Shown here: positions 42,791 through 52,211 of the stretch, piece after piece | How the letters are laid out: every line of letters begins with the position of its first letter | How positions within the stretch are numbered: position 1 is the first letter of the stretch | Origin: Gemmatimonadaceae bacterium | GTDB taxonomy: Bacteria > Gemmatimonadota > Gemmatimonadetes > Gemmatimonadales > Gemmatimonadaceae | Reading direction: 5' to 3' | Length of the DNA: 64,000 bases | Assembly: GCA_033763905.1 (NCBI GenBank) | Contig: JANRJP010000085.1 | Span: forward strand, 14,276 to 78,275 | Notes under the pieces: generated by a model | Database searches by the model: none | Told to the model about the DNA's origin: nothing | What the model saw: the letters and a program-made list of their open reading frames with translations, nothing else | Position numbers and translations under genes: made by a program

Positions 42791-44842
42791 TCAGCCCTCG
42801 ACCGGCTTGCGCCGCACGAGCGTCAGAATCGTGTACGTCGCGCACAGTTCGGCATCCTGATTGCGCACCTCCACGTCCCAGTGCACCACACCCTGCGGCG
42901 GCTGATCGGCCGGCACGTCCTTCGCGATCTTCTGCTTGCAAGTGAGCGTGGCCTGGATCGTGTCCCCCGGGTACACCGGCTTGGTGAAGCGCAGGCCTTC
43001 GAGCCCGTAGTTGAGCATGACCGGGCCCGGCGCGGGATCGACGAACAGCCCCGCCGCCGCCGACAGCACGAAGTACCCGTGGGCCACGCGCCGCTCAAAG
43101 AGCGATGCCTTCGCGGCGACGTCGTCCATATGCGCATAGAAGAAGTCGCCCGAGATGCCGGCAAAGTTCACGACATCAGCTTCGGTCACCGTGCGGCGGT
43201 GCGTCACCAACGACTCGCCGATCTGCACCTCGTCGAACCAGCGCCGGAACGGATGCACCGCAGCCGTCGAACGCGTAGCGCCGGTCGTCCACTCGTTCGT
43301 CACGGCGGCGATCACATCGGGGCTGCCCTGAATCGCGACGCGCTGCAGATAGTGCATCACGCCGCGCTTGCCGCCCATTTCCTCACCACCACCCGCGCGG
43401 CCGGGACCGCCGTGCACCAGATGCGGCATCGGGGAGCCGTGCCCCGTGCTCTCCTTGGCGCTCGAACGGTCGAGCACCACCAAGCGCCCGTGATACGGCC
43501 CGATGCCGAACACCACCTTCCGCGCCACCGACGGATCAGCCGTGAAGAGCGAGCCTACGAGCGACCCCTGCCCGCGCCGCGCGATCGTGACGGCGTCGTC
43601 GAGCGTGCGGTACGGCATCACCGTATTCACCGGACCAAACGCTTCGACATCGTGCGCTTCCGCCGTGCGCAGCGGCTCGGCGCAGTGCAACAGCATCTTC
43701 GGGAAGAACGCGCCCTTCTCGGCGTCGGCGCCGAGGACGGTCATCCCACCAAGGTCGCCGTACACGAGCTCCGCCGCTTTCCGAATACGATCCACGGCCG
43801 CACCGACATCACGCACCTGCGCGCGGCTGGCCAGTGGACCCATCCGCACGTCTTCGCGACGCGGGTCGCCGATCACGGTCTTCTCGAGACGCTCCTTGAG
43901 CGCCGCGAGCACGGCCTCCTGCGTGCCCTCGGGCACGATCGACCGGCGAATCGCCGTGCACTTCTGCCCCGCCTTCGCGGTCATCTCGCGAACGACTTCC
44001 TTGATGAACAGCTCGAACTCCGGCGTGCCCGGCAGTGCGTCGGGGCCCAGGATCGAACAGTTGAGCGAGTCGGCCTCCATATTGAACCGCACGGCGTTCG
44101 CGACGATCGCGGGATGCGCCTTGAGCTTGCGCCCCGTGTCGGCCGAGCCGGTGAAGGCCACCACGTCCTGACAGGTCAGGTGATCGAGCAGATCGCCCGC
44201 GGATCCGCACACCAGCTGCACCGCGCCCGCGGGGAGCAATCCCGTGGCGATCATCTCGCGGAAGACCGCTTCGGTCAGAAAACTCGTCGCCGTCGCCGGC
44301 TTTACGATGGCTGGCACGCCGGCCAACAGGCAGGGGGCGAGCTTCTCCATCATTCCCCACACGGGGAAGTTGAAGGCGTTGATGTGCACGCCCACGCCTT
44401 CGAGCGGCACCATCACGTGACGGCCAACGAAGGTGCCGTTCTTCGACAGGGCCTCGGTGGGCCCATCGACGTAGAACGACTCGTTCGGAAACTCCTTGCG
44501 CCCCTTCGACGCGTACACGAAGAAGGTACCGAAGCCGCCGTCGATATCGATCCAACTGTCGGACTTCGTGGCCCCGGTGCGATACGACAGCTCGTAGAAG
44601 GCGTCCTTCTTCGCCGTCAGCGCCGTGGCGATGGCCTTGAGCATCCGCGCACGCTCGTGGAACGTCATCGCGCGCAGCTTCGGGCCACCCACGTCGCGCG
44701 CGTAGGCGAGCATCGCCTTGAAGTCGAGCCCGCTGCTGGAGGCTTCCGCCACCACATCACCGGTGACGGCGTCGTAGAGTGCGGTCGCCGAGCCCGTACC
44801 GGCCTGCCATTCGCCGAGCGCGTAGTTCCCGAGTCGCATCAT
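42791..44842 (-). CDS. paaZ: Bifunctional oxepin-CoA hydrolase / 3-oxo-5,6-dehydrosuberyl-CoA semialdehyde dehydrogenase
   Basis: ALDH domain (INAFNFP, MEADSLN, GQKCTAIRR) plus C-terminal MaoC domain (SGDFFYAHMD, VAHGY). Confidence 0.95.
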   Translation of the reverse strand: MMRLGNYALGEWQAGTGSATALYDAVTGDVVAEASSSGLDFKAMLAYARDVGGPKLRAMTFHERARMLKAIATALTAKKDAFYELSYRTGATKSDSWIDIDGGFGTFFVYASKGRKEFPNESFYVDGPTEALSKNGTFVGRHVMVPLEGVGVHINAFNFPVWGMMEKLAPCLLAGVPAIVKPATATSFLTEAVFREMIATGLLPAGAVQLVCGSAGDLLDHLTCQDVVAFTGSADTGRKLKAHPAIVANAVRFNMEADSLNCSILGPDALPGTPEFELFIKEVVREMTAKAGQKCTAIRRSIVPEGTQEAVLAALKERLEKTVIGDPRREDVRMGPLASRAQVRDVGAAVDRIRKAAELVYGDLGGMTVLGADAEKGAFFPKMLLHCAEPLRTAEAHDVEAFGPVNTVMPYRTLDDAVTIARRGQGSLVGSLFTADPSVARKVVFGIGPYHGRLVVLDRSSAKESTGHGSPMPHLVHGGPGRAGGGEEMGGKRGVMHYLQRVAIQGSPDVIAAVTNEWTTGATRSTAAVHPFRRWFDEVQIGESLVTHRRTVTEADVVNFAGISGDFFYAHMDDVAAKASLFERRVAHGYFVLSAAAGLFVDPAPGPVMLNYGLEGLRFTKPVYPGDTIQATLTCKQKIAKDVPADQPPQGVVHWDVEVRNQDAELCATYTILTLVRRKPVEG

Positions 44843-45435
44843 TGCGGTGAACTCTTGAGATTGAAATAGGTCTTGGGCTGCGTGCGACGGTCCGACGGGA
44901 CCTCACGCAGCGGCGCGACTTCGCGCCAGGTCTGGTGCATCTGGGCCGGCAACGCCTGGTACAGCCCGGTCCCCTGCGTCTTCCACGCGAGCATCTCGTC
45001 GGTCACGTCCTTCACGATCTTCGCCGGATTCCCCACGACGATCTTGCGCGGCGGAATCTCCATTCGCTCGGGCACGAAGGCCATCGCGCCGACGATACTG
45101 CCCGTGCCCACGACGACGTGGTCCATCACCACCGCGTTCATTCCGATCAGGCAGTTGGCGCCGAGCCGTGCGCCGTGAATCACGGCGCCGTGCCCCACGT
45201 GCGCGCCAGGCTCCAGCACCACGGTGACGCCGGGGAACATATGGATCGTGCAGTTCTCCTGGACGTTGCATCCATCGCCGATCTCGATCCCGCCCCAATC
45301 GCCGCGAATGGCGGCACCTGGCCCGATGTAGCAGTCGCGACCAATCACCACGTTGCCCGTCACCGCCGCCAACGGATGCACAAAGGCCGACTCGTGCACG
45401 ACCGGGATGAAATCGTCGAAGGCGTAGATGGCCAT
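44839..45435 (-). CDS. paaY: PaaY hexapeptide-repeat (gamma-carbonic-anhydrase-like) protein
   Basis: Left-handed beta-helix repeats, IRGDWG, WKTQGTGLYQ; paa context. Confidence 0.88.
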   Translation of the reverse strand: MAIYAFDDFIPVVHESAFVHPLAAVTGNVVIGRDCYIGPGAAIRGDWGGIEIGDGCNVQENCTIHMFPGVTVVLEPGAHVGHGAVIHGARLGANCLIGMNAVVMDHVVVGTGSIVGAMAFVPERMEIPPRKIVVGNPAKIVKDVTDEMLAWKTQGTGLYQALPAQMHQTWREVAPLREVPSDRRTQPKTYFNLKSSPQ

Positions 45436-45443
45436 TGGCGTGC

Positions 45444-46661
45444 TCAGGCCCGCTCGAGGACCATCGCCATCCCCTGCCCGACGCCGACGCACATCGTCAC
45501 CAACGCATAGCGACCCTTCCGGTGCTGCAGGGCGCGCGCCGCAGTGAGCACCAGCCGCGCCCCGCTCATCCCCAAGGGATGCCCAATGGCAATCGCGCCG
45601 CCGTGCGGATTGACGCGTGGATCGTTGTCGCTCACGCCCAGCGCCCGCAGCGACGCCACCACCTGCGCTGCAAAGGCCTCATTGAACTCGATGACGTCGA
45701 TTTTGTCCATCGTCAGCTTCGCACGCGCGAGCACGGCCTGCACCGCCGGCACCGGCCCGATGCCCATCACGCGTGGCTCCACGCCCGCGGCAGCCGTGGC
45801 CACGATGCGTGCCTTGGCCGCCGCGCCGATCGCCGCCACGCCAGCCTCCGAGGCCACGAGCAGAGCCGCCGCGCCGTCGTTGAGCCCCGAGCTGTTGCCC
45901 GCCGTGACCGATCCTTTGCCGTCAGTGCGGAAGGCCGGCTTGAGCTTCGCGAGTGCGTCGGCCGTGGTCCCTGGGCGCGGAAACTCGTCCTGCGCCACGA
46001 CCCGGGGATCGCCCTTCTTCTGCGCGATCGACACCGGCGCGATCTCGCCGGCAAACCAGCCTGCGGCGGTGGCAGCGGCGCACTTCTGCTGCGACCACAG
46101 CGCAAAGGCGTCCTGCGCCTCACGGGTGATGCCATCCCGCTCTGCGACGTTCTCGGCCGTCTGCCCCATCGAATCGATACCGTACGCCGACTGCATCGCG
46201 GGATTCACGAAGCGCCAGCCGAGCGTCGTGTCGAACATTTCGATGTCGCGCGCAAAGGGCCGCGCGGCCTTGGACATCACGTACGGCGCACGCGTCATCT
46301 GCTCGACGCCGCCGGCGACGTACACCTCGCCGTCGCCCGCGAGCACGCCACGCGCCGCATCGGCGACCGCATTGAGCCCCGAGGCGCACAGACGATTCAC
46401 GGTGGTCCCGGGCACGCTCACCGGCAGCCCGGCCAGCAGTCCGGCCATTCGCGCGACGTTGCGATTGTCCTCGCCCGCCTGGTTCGCGCACCCGAAGATC
46501 ACATCGGCCACGCGGGCCGCGTCGAAATTCGGATGGCGAGCCAAGAGCGCGCGAATGGCGTGCGCAGCCAGATCATCGGCCCGCACCTCCGCCAAGGCCC
46601 CGCCGAGGGCGCCGATCGGAGTGCGGATGCCATCAACGACGAAAGCGGAGCGTTTGGTCAC
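45444..46661 (-). CDS. paaJ: 3-oxoadipyl-CoA / 3-oxo-5,6-dehydrosuberyl-CoA thiolase
   Basis: GCANQAGEDNRNVARM, NRLCASG, GHPLGMSG, MCVGVGQG; GTG 46661. Confidence 0.92.
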   Translation of the reverse strand: MTKRSAFVVDGIRTPIGALGGALAEVRADDLAAHAIRALLARHPNFDAARVADVIFGCANQAGEDNRNVARMAGLLAGLPVSVPGTTVNRLCASGLNAVADAARGVLAGDGEVYVAGGVEQMTRAPYVMSKAARPFARDIEMFDTTLGWRFVNPAMQSAYGIDSMGQTAENVAERDGITREAQDAFALWSQQKCAAATAAGWFAGEIAPVSIAQKKGDPRVVAQDEFPRPGTTADALAKLKPAFRTDGKGSVTAGNSSGLNDGAAALLVASEAGVAAIGAAAKARIVATAAAGVEPRVMGIGPVPAVQAVLARAKLTMDKIDVIEFNEAFAAQVVASLRALGVSDNDPRVNPHGGAIAIGHPLGMSGARLVLTAARALQHRKGRYALVTMCVGVGQGMAMVLERA

Positions 46662-47119
46662 GGCGAAGGACTGGTGGAAGCGTCGGGATGTTCGTCGCGC
46701 GTGCGGTACACCGTGCCGCGAAAGAGCGCGACCGGGGTGCCGCGGCAGGTCACCTGCACCCGGTAGAATCCAAGGCGCTCGGTGACTTGCTCCTCGGTGG
46801 CAATGGCCTCGAGGACATCGCCCACACGCACTTCCTGCGTGTGCGCGATCTGGCTGTCGATGCTGACCGAGACGCGCCCGTGGCCGTTCGCGGCAAAGGC
46901 GAAGGCGCTGTCGGCGAAGCTGTACGTGATGCCCCCGTGCGTCCGGCCGAAGCCGTTGACCATCTCGGGACGCACCGTCATCCGGATCGCCGCCGTGCCG
47001 GGCGCGACGTGCAGGACCTCGATGCCAAGCCACTGCGAGAACGCATCGCGCGCCATCATCTCGCGCACGATGGCCTGCGCACGGCGCTGCTCGGGCGTGG
47101 TCGCGGGCTCTGGCGTCAT
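46658..47119 (-). CDS. paaI: Hot-dog-fold phenylacetyl-CoA thioesterase
   Basis: DAFSQWLG, NGFGRTHGG, ADSAFAFAAN, FRGTVYR. Confidence 0.9.
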   Translation of the reverse strand: MTPEPATTPEQRRAQAIVREMMARDAFSQWLGIEVLHVAPGTAAIRMTVRPEMVNGFGRTHGGITYSFADSAFAFAANGHGRVSVSIDSQIAHTQEVRVGDVLEAIATEEQVTERLGFYRVQVTCRGTPVALFRGTVYRTRDEHPDASTSPSP

Positions 47120-48306
47120 CCGAGCAGACTCCGTCCGTCGGCGGCGCAGCGCGTGAGGTGCGCACTCGGCCGGTAACGCTCCGGGCCCAGCTCCTGCTGC
47201 AGGGCGCGCAGGGTGTCGACCAGCCGCTGGGGGCCCAGCGCATCGCCCCAGGCGAGCAGTCCCTGCGGGTAGTTCACCCCACGCGTCATCGCGAGTTCGA
47301 TGTCGCCGGGCGAGGCAATGCCCAGCAGCACCGCTTCACAGGCTTCGTTGACGAGCATCGCGATGATGCGGCCGAAAATGCGCGCGTGCACCCGGGCGTC
47401 GTCGAGTGGTGCCGGCGGTGTCGCGCCGCTGGCGTAGTCGTAGAAGCCACGCCCCGTCTTGCGACCGAGCCACCCGGCTTCGACCAGGCGCTGTTGCGCG
47501 AGCGAGGGACGATAGCGCGGCTCGTGGAAGGTCTGCTCCCACACCGAGCGGGTGACGGCGAAGTTGATGTCGTGGCCGATGAAGTCCATCAGCTCGCAGG
47601 GGCCCATCTTGAAGCCACCCAGCGTCCGCATCGCGTGATCGATCGTCGACGGATCGGCGACGCCCTCTTCGAGCAGGCGCAGCGCTTCGCCGTAGAACGG
47701 GCGCGCCACCCGATTGACGATGAAGCCCGGCGTGTCGGCCGTGCGTACTGGCACCTTGCCCCACGCACGCATCAGGGTGGTCCCCTGCTCCATCACCGTG
47801 GGCGCGGTGCGCACGCCGCCGACGACTTCGACCAGCGCCATCAGCGGCGCGGGATTGAAGAAGTGCAGGCCGAGCATCCGTTCCGGCGTCGCCAACGCCG
47901 AGGCAATGGCCGCGACCGACAGCGACGAGGTATTGGTGGCCAACAACGCGCTCGGCGGTACGATCTGCTCGAGTCGGACGAACAAGTCACGCTTGGTCGC
48001 GAGATCCTCGACGATGGCCTCGATCACCAGCCCAGCGCCTGCGAGCGGCCGCAGATCGGGGCCGCCCAACGAGTCGGGCCCCACCCACTGCGCGCGACCC
48101 ACGATCTCCGATGCCTGCGATGGCGTGAGCTTGCCGCGCTCCACGAGCTTCGCGAGCCCCTTCTCCATCCCGGCCTTGGCGCGTGGCAAGGCGTCGGCGC
48201 GCGCATCGCAGAGCACCACCGGGTGCCCCGCCATCGCGGCGACTTGCGCGATGCCGGCGCCCATCGCGCCGGCGCCGACCACGCCAATGACCGTGGAGGC
48301 GTCCAC
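47116..48306 (-). CDS. paaH: 3-hydroxyadipyl-CoA dehydrogenase
   Basis: GAGAMGAGIAQV, TNTSSLS, HFFNPAPLM, PGFIVNRVARPFYGEA. Confidence 0.9.
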   Translation of the reverse strand: MDASTVIGVVGAGAMGAGIAQVAAMAGHPVVLCDARADALPRAKAGMEKGLAKLVERGKLTPSQASEIVGRAQWVGPDSLGGPDLRPLAGAGLVIEAIVEDLATKRDLFVRLEQIVPPSALLATNTSSLSVAAIASALATPERMLGLHFFNPAPLMALVEVVGGVRTAPTVMEQGTTLMRAWGKVPVRTADTPGFIVNRVARPFYGEALRLLEEGVADPSTIDHAMRTLGGFKMGPCELMDFIGHDINFAVTRSVWEQTFHEPRYRPSLAQQRLVEAGWLGRKTGRGFYDYASGATPPAPLDDARVHARIFGRIIAMLVNEACEAVLLGIASPGDIELAMTRGVNYPQGLLAWGDALGPQRLVDTLRALQQELGPERYRPSAHLTRCAADGRSLLG

Positions 48307-49095
48307 TCAGCGCCCCTCGAACACCGGGGGACGCTTGGCGAGAAACGCCGCGACCCCCTCCGAGAAATCGTGCGTTGCACCGGCCTCCGCCTGCAACACG
48401 GCCTCCCGCTCGAGTTGCGCGGCGTAGCCGTTCGTGGCCGATTCGTTCATCAGCCGCTTCGTGAGCGCGATCGCCCGCGTGGGCATCTGCGCCAACTGGG
48501 CCGCCACCGCCTGCGCCTTCTCGAGCAGCACCGTCGGTGGGCAGAGTTCCCATACCAGCCCCCAGCGCTCCGCTTTCTCGGCGCTGAGCTTCTCGCCCGA
48601 CATCATCAGCGCCATCGCGCGGTGCCAGCCGACGAGTCGCGGCAAGAAATAGGTGCCTCCACTGTCCGGGACGAGACCGATCTTCACGAAGGCCTGCACG
48701 AAACTCGCCGACTCGGTCGCCAGCACCAGATCGCACGCGAGCGCCAGGTTGGCACCTGCCCCGGCGGCCACCCCGTTGACGGCCGCGATCACCGGCTTCG
48801 GGCACTCACGGATCAGCGTGACGAGCGTGTTGTAGCCCCGACGCACGAAATCGGCCTCGAGCACGAAGGGCTTGCCGTCGACCATCGACGCGGCCAAGTC
48901 CTGTCCCGCACAGAACCCGCGCCCACTGCCCGTGAGCACGATCGCACGAACGGCGGGGTCGCGGCTCAGTGCGGCGAAGGCATCCTGCGCCTCGCGCATC
49001 ATCACGTCGTCGAAGCTGTTGAGCACGTCCGGCCGGTTCAGCGTGACCGTTGCCACCGCGCCCTGCACGTCGAGAAGAATCGTCGAGTAGGCCAT
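48307..49095 (-). CDS. paaG: 1,2-epoxyphenylacetyl-CoA isomerase (crotonase fold)
   Basis: RGFCAGQDL, AAGAGANLALACD, IGLVPDSGG (catalytic Asp); ATG 49095. Confidence 0.9.
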   Translation of the reverse strand: MAYSTILLDVQGAVATVTLNRPDVLNSFDDVMMREAQDAFAALSRDPAVRAIVLTGSGRGFCAGQDLAASMVDGKPFVLEADFVRRGYNTLVTLIRECPKPVIAAVNGVAAGAGANLALACDLVLATESASFVQAFVKIGLVPDSGGTYFLPRLVGWHRAMALMMSGEKLSAEKAERWGLVWELCPPTVLLEKAQAVAAQLAQMPTRAIALTKRLMNESATNGYAAQLEREAVLQAEAGATHDFSEGVAAFLAKRPPVFEGR

Positions 49096-49193
49096 ACCGG
49101 AAGCTATCGCCCCTGCGCGCTGGCGGCCTGCCTGCCCCCCCGCCACCGCCCGAAAATCGGTACATTTCCTGTTTCCCCAGCCCCGCTCTGTCG

Positions 49194-51326
49194 ATGGCCT
49201 CGCCGACCGCCGCGAAGCGCCCCGCGCGCTCCACCAGCTCGACCCCCGACCCTCGGTTCGACTGGCGCCGGATCGCGTATCACACGCTCGCCTCGCGGGC
49301 GCTGGACGACTTCGAGGAAGAGCTGAATCGCCAGAAGGCCAGCGTCCCGCGGGAGGATCAGGTCCTCTACCAGTTCTCGGCGCGCGGCCACGATATGGCG
49401 CAGGTCATTCTGGGGAGCCTGCTGACGGGACGTCGCGACGCGGCCGGGGCCTACTACCGGTCCCGGCCCCTGCTGCTGACGCTCGGGCTGACACTCGAAG
49501 ACGCCCACGGGTCGCCCTTGGGCCGTGCGGGCGGGTTTTCGGATGGCCGCGACATTGGCGTGGTGGTGAACCTCCCGCGCGCCGAAGGCTGCGTGGTGTT
49601 GCCGATGTCGGGCGACGTCGGCGCGCAGTACACCCCAGCCGCCGGCTGGGCCCAGGCCATTACGTACCACCGGGACAGCTTGGGCGACGCGGCGTGGCAG
49701 GGATCCATTGCGGTGGCTCTGGGCGGCGACGGCTCGGTGGCCACCAACGGCTTCTGGTCGGCACTCACGATGGCCACGACGCTGTCGCTGCCGATGCTGT
49801 TCTACATCGAGGACAACGGCCTCGGCATTTCGGTCCGCGGCGATATGCAGACCCCGGGCGCGAACATCGCGAAGAATCTCGCGAGCTTCGCGAACCTGCT
49901 CGTGCGCGACGGCAATGGGAGCGATCCGGCGAATGCGGCCGCCACGCTGTACGAGTGCGTCCAGCACGTCCGCGAGGGCCGCGGTCCAGCGCTGGTACGC
50001 CTGACCGTGCCGCGGCTCTCGTCGCACTCCGGACCGGACAACCAGAAGGGCTACCGGAGCGACGCCGACATTCAGCAGGACTGGACGCGGGACCCGCTGC
50101 CGAATCTGAAGGCCTACCTGGTGCCTTCGCTGCTGTCGGCCGACGAGTGGACGGCGCTCGAAGCCGACGTACAGCGCGATGTGCAAGCCGCCGTGGCGGC
50201 GGCTCGGCAGCGCCCGCACCCGGATCCGGCGCAGGTCGCGCGCCATCGCGTGGAGGAGACCCTCGAGCCGGGCGAAGCCCCCGCCATGGGCGGACTGCCC
50301 GACGCGGTCCTCGCCGCGCTGCCGACCGCGTTGACGGCCGCCACCGAGGGTCCGGTGGTTCGCGTGGCCGAGGCCATTCGTCGGACGCTCGACACCGAAC
50401 TCGCCGCGAATCCGCGGTTGCTGGTCTTCGGCGAAGACGTCGGCGTGAAGGGCGGTGTGCATCTGGTGACCGAAGGCTTGCAGAAGAAGCACGGGGTGGC
50501 GCGCGTCTTCGACACCTCGCTCAGCGAAGAAGGCATCATCGGCCGCGCCGCCGGCCTCGCGATCAGCGGCTTGATGCCGGTCGCCGAAATCCAGTTCCGC
50601 AAGTATGCCGACCCCGCGATGGAGCAGCTCAACAACGCGGGCACAGTGCGCTGGCGCACGGCCAACCGCTTCTGCTCGCCGATGGTCGTGCGGATGCCGG
50701 GCGGCTTCGGCAAGGACGTGGGCGACCCGTGGCATTCGGTGTCGAACGAGGTGATGTACGCGCACGCCGTCGGCTGGCAGGTCGTGATGCCGTCGAACGC
50801 GGCCGACGCGGCGGGTCTCCTGCGGGCGGCGATGCGGTCGCGGAATCCCACGGTGTTCTTCGAACATCGCGCGCTGCTGATGACCAGCGACGGCGCCACC
50901 CGCTGGCCGGGCGACGACTACGTGGTGCCGCTCGGCCAGGCGAAGGTGCTGCGCGAAGGCACCTCACTCACGCTCGTCACCTGGGGCGCAATGGTGCACC
51001 GCTGCGCGGAAGCGGTCGAGGCCTTTGGCGATCGCGTCGAGCTGATCGACCTGCGCTCGATTTCGCCGTGGGATCGCGCAGCCGTGATCGCGAGCGTCAC
51101 CAAGACGCATCGCGCGTTGATCGTGCACGAAGATCAGATCACGGCCGGCTTCGGCGCCGAGATTGCGGCGACGCTCGCCAAGGACTGCTTCTGGTTCCTC
51201 GACGCGCCGGTCGAGCGCGTGGCGGTGGCGGACATTCCGATGCCGTATCATCCGGCGCTGATGGCGGCGACGGCGCCGTCGGTCGAGCGGGTGGCGGCGG
51301 CGATCGAGCAGACGCTGTCGGCGTGA
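49194..51326 (+). CDS. Fused alpha/beta E1 of a ThDP-dependent 2-oxoacid dehydrogenase (branched-chain or aromatic type)
   Basis: GDG...EDN ThDP motif; beta part FGEDVG..GGV, RVFDTSLSEEGIIG, AEIQF, ELIDLRS. Confidence 0.9.
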   Translation: MASPTAAKRPARSTSSTPDPRFDWRRIAYHTLASRALDDFEEELNRQKASVPREDQVLYQFSARGHDMAQVILGSLLTGRRDAAGAYYRSRPLLLTLGLTLEDAHGSPLGRAGGFSDGRDIGVVVNLPRAEGCVVLPMSGDVGAQYTPAAGWAQAITYHRDSLGDAAWQGSIAVALGGDGSVATNGFWSALTMATTLSLPMLFYIEDNGLGISVRGDMQTPGANIAKNLASFANLLVRDGNGSDPANAAATLYECVQHVREGRGPALVRLTVPRLSSHSGPDNQKGYRSDADIQQDWTRDPLPNLKAYLVPSLLSADEWTALEADVQRDVQAAVAAARQRPHPDPAQVARHRVEETLEPGEAPAMGGLPDAVLAALPTALTAATEGPVVRVAEAIRRTLDTELAANPRLLVFGEDVGVKGGVHLVTEGLQKKHGVARVFDTSLSEEGIIGRAAGLAISGLMPVAEIQFRKYADPAMEQLNNAGTVRWRTANRFCSPMVVRMPGGFGKDVGDPWHSVSNEVMYAHAVGWQVVMPSNAADAAGLLRAAMRSRNPTVFFEHRALLMTSDGATRWPGDDYVVPLGQAKVLREGTSLTLVTWGAMVHRCAEAVEAFGDRVELIDLRSISPWDRAAVIASVTKTHRALIVHEDQITAGFGAEIAATLAKDCFWFLDAPVERVAVADIPMPYHPALMAATAPSVERVAAAIEQTLSA

Positions 51327-51350
51327 GCGGGCGGCCGATGCGCCGCCCGC
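51327..51350. terminator. Hairpin between the convergent E1 gene and phhA
   Basis: GCGGGCGGC-CGATGC-GCCGCCCGC, 9-bp stem. Confidence 0.55.
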
Positions 51351-51367
51351 CCTGCCGTTGCTGGACC

Positions 51368-52117
51368 TCAGCCGAGTCCGACCCGCTCGAGCGTTTCGAG
51401 CGCCTCCGCAAGCGCCGCAAACGATTCGACCTCGAACAGCACAGGCTGCAGGTGATCGATCTCGAAGGGCTGTGCCAGCACCGCCTGCAGCTCGAAAGGC
51501 CGACGATCGACGTCGGCGCTCATGGCTTTGGCGGCGTCAGCGTGTGACGAGATCAGCCCCGAGCCGTAGATGCGCGTCTGGCCGTCTTCGCGCACCAAGC
51601 CGAACTCGACGGTGAACCAGAACAGGCGCGCCAAGCGCGTCATCTGTTCGTCCGTCGTCACGCGCGCCGCCAACGCGCCGAAGCGCGAAAGAAACGTCGC
51701 GAAGGCCGGGTCCGCGTGCAGCGGCACGTGTCCGAACACGTCGTGAAAGATGTCGGGCGCTTCGGTGTAGTCGATCTCGTCGGGTCGGCGTACCGTGATG
51801 GCCGTCGGGAACTGCCGCGTGGCCAAGGACTCGAAGAACGCTCGCGCCGGCAGAAAGCCCGTCACCGGCACCGCCTGCCACCCGGTGCGCGCCTGCAGGG
51901 CAGCATTGATGGCCGACAGGTCGGGGACCGAGGCCGAGCTGAGCCCGATGGCGTCGAGCCCCTCGAGAAACACGCGACTGGCCGTCGTGCGCAGCGAGGG
52001 CAGCCGCCGCTCGAACAACACGCGCCACACGGCGTGATCGGTGGCCGAGTACGACGTCCACTGCTGTTCGGTGTGGAAGTCGCTGGCGATGGGGGACGAC
52101 TCGGCGATCGTGTGCAT
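51368..52117 (-). CDS. phhA: Phenylalanine 4-hydroxylase (pterin-dependent aromatic amino acid hydroxylase)
   Basis: DYTEAPDIFHDVFGHVP (two Fe His ligands), WFTVEFGL (Glu ligand), YGSGLISS; ATG 52117. Confidence 0.93.
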   Translation of the reverse strand: MHTIAESSPIASDFHTEQQWTSYSATDHAVWRVLFERRLPSLRTTASRVFLEGLDAIGLSSASVPDLSAINAALQARTGWQAVPVTGFLPARAFFESLATRQFPTAITVRRPDEIDYTEAPDIFHDVFGHVPLHADPAFATFLSRFGALAARVTTDEQMTRLARLFWFTVEFGLVREDGQTRIYGSGLISSHADAAKAMSADVDRRPFELQAVLAQPFEIDHLQPVLFEVESFAALAEALETLERVGLG

Positions 52118-52144
52118 TGGCGGACTCGGGAGGAGAACAGGGGG

Positions 52145-52183
52145 AACAACAAAAACGCGGCCCGTGGGATTCCACGGACCGCG
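52145..52183 (-). terminator. Attenuator terminator (3:4 hairpin) in the phhA 5' leader
   Basis: Minus strand CGCGGTCCGTGG-AATC-CCACGGGCCGCG followed by TTTTTGTTGTT, ending 27 nt before the phhA ATG. Confidence 0.9.
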
Positions 52184-52211
52184 CACGCTGAGGGGATGAT
52201 CTTTGCGGCGC

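Noticed and set aside
35950..44842. Tropodithietic-acid or tropolone biosynthetic cluster (paaZ + ACAD + rhodanese + PLP enzyme)
   Set aside because: The PaaZ ALDH catalytic residues look intact, the ACAD is ACAD10/11-type with its kinase partner, and the genes appear to have separate promoters.
49150..49161. CCGA-AAA-TCGGT as a PaaR operator between paaG and E1
   Set aside because: It is short, its spacing differs from the PaaR boxes I recall, and there is no matching copy upstream of paaA.
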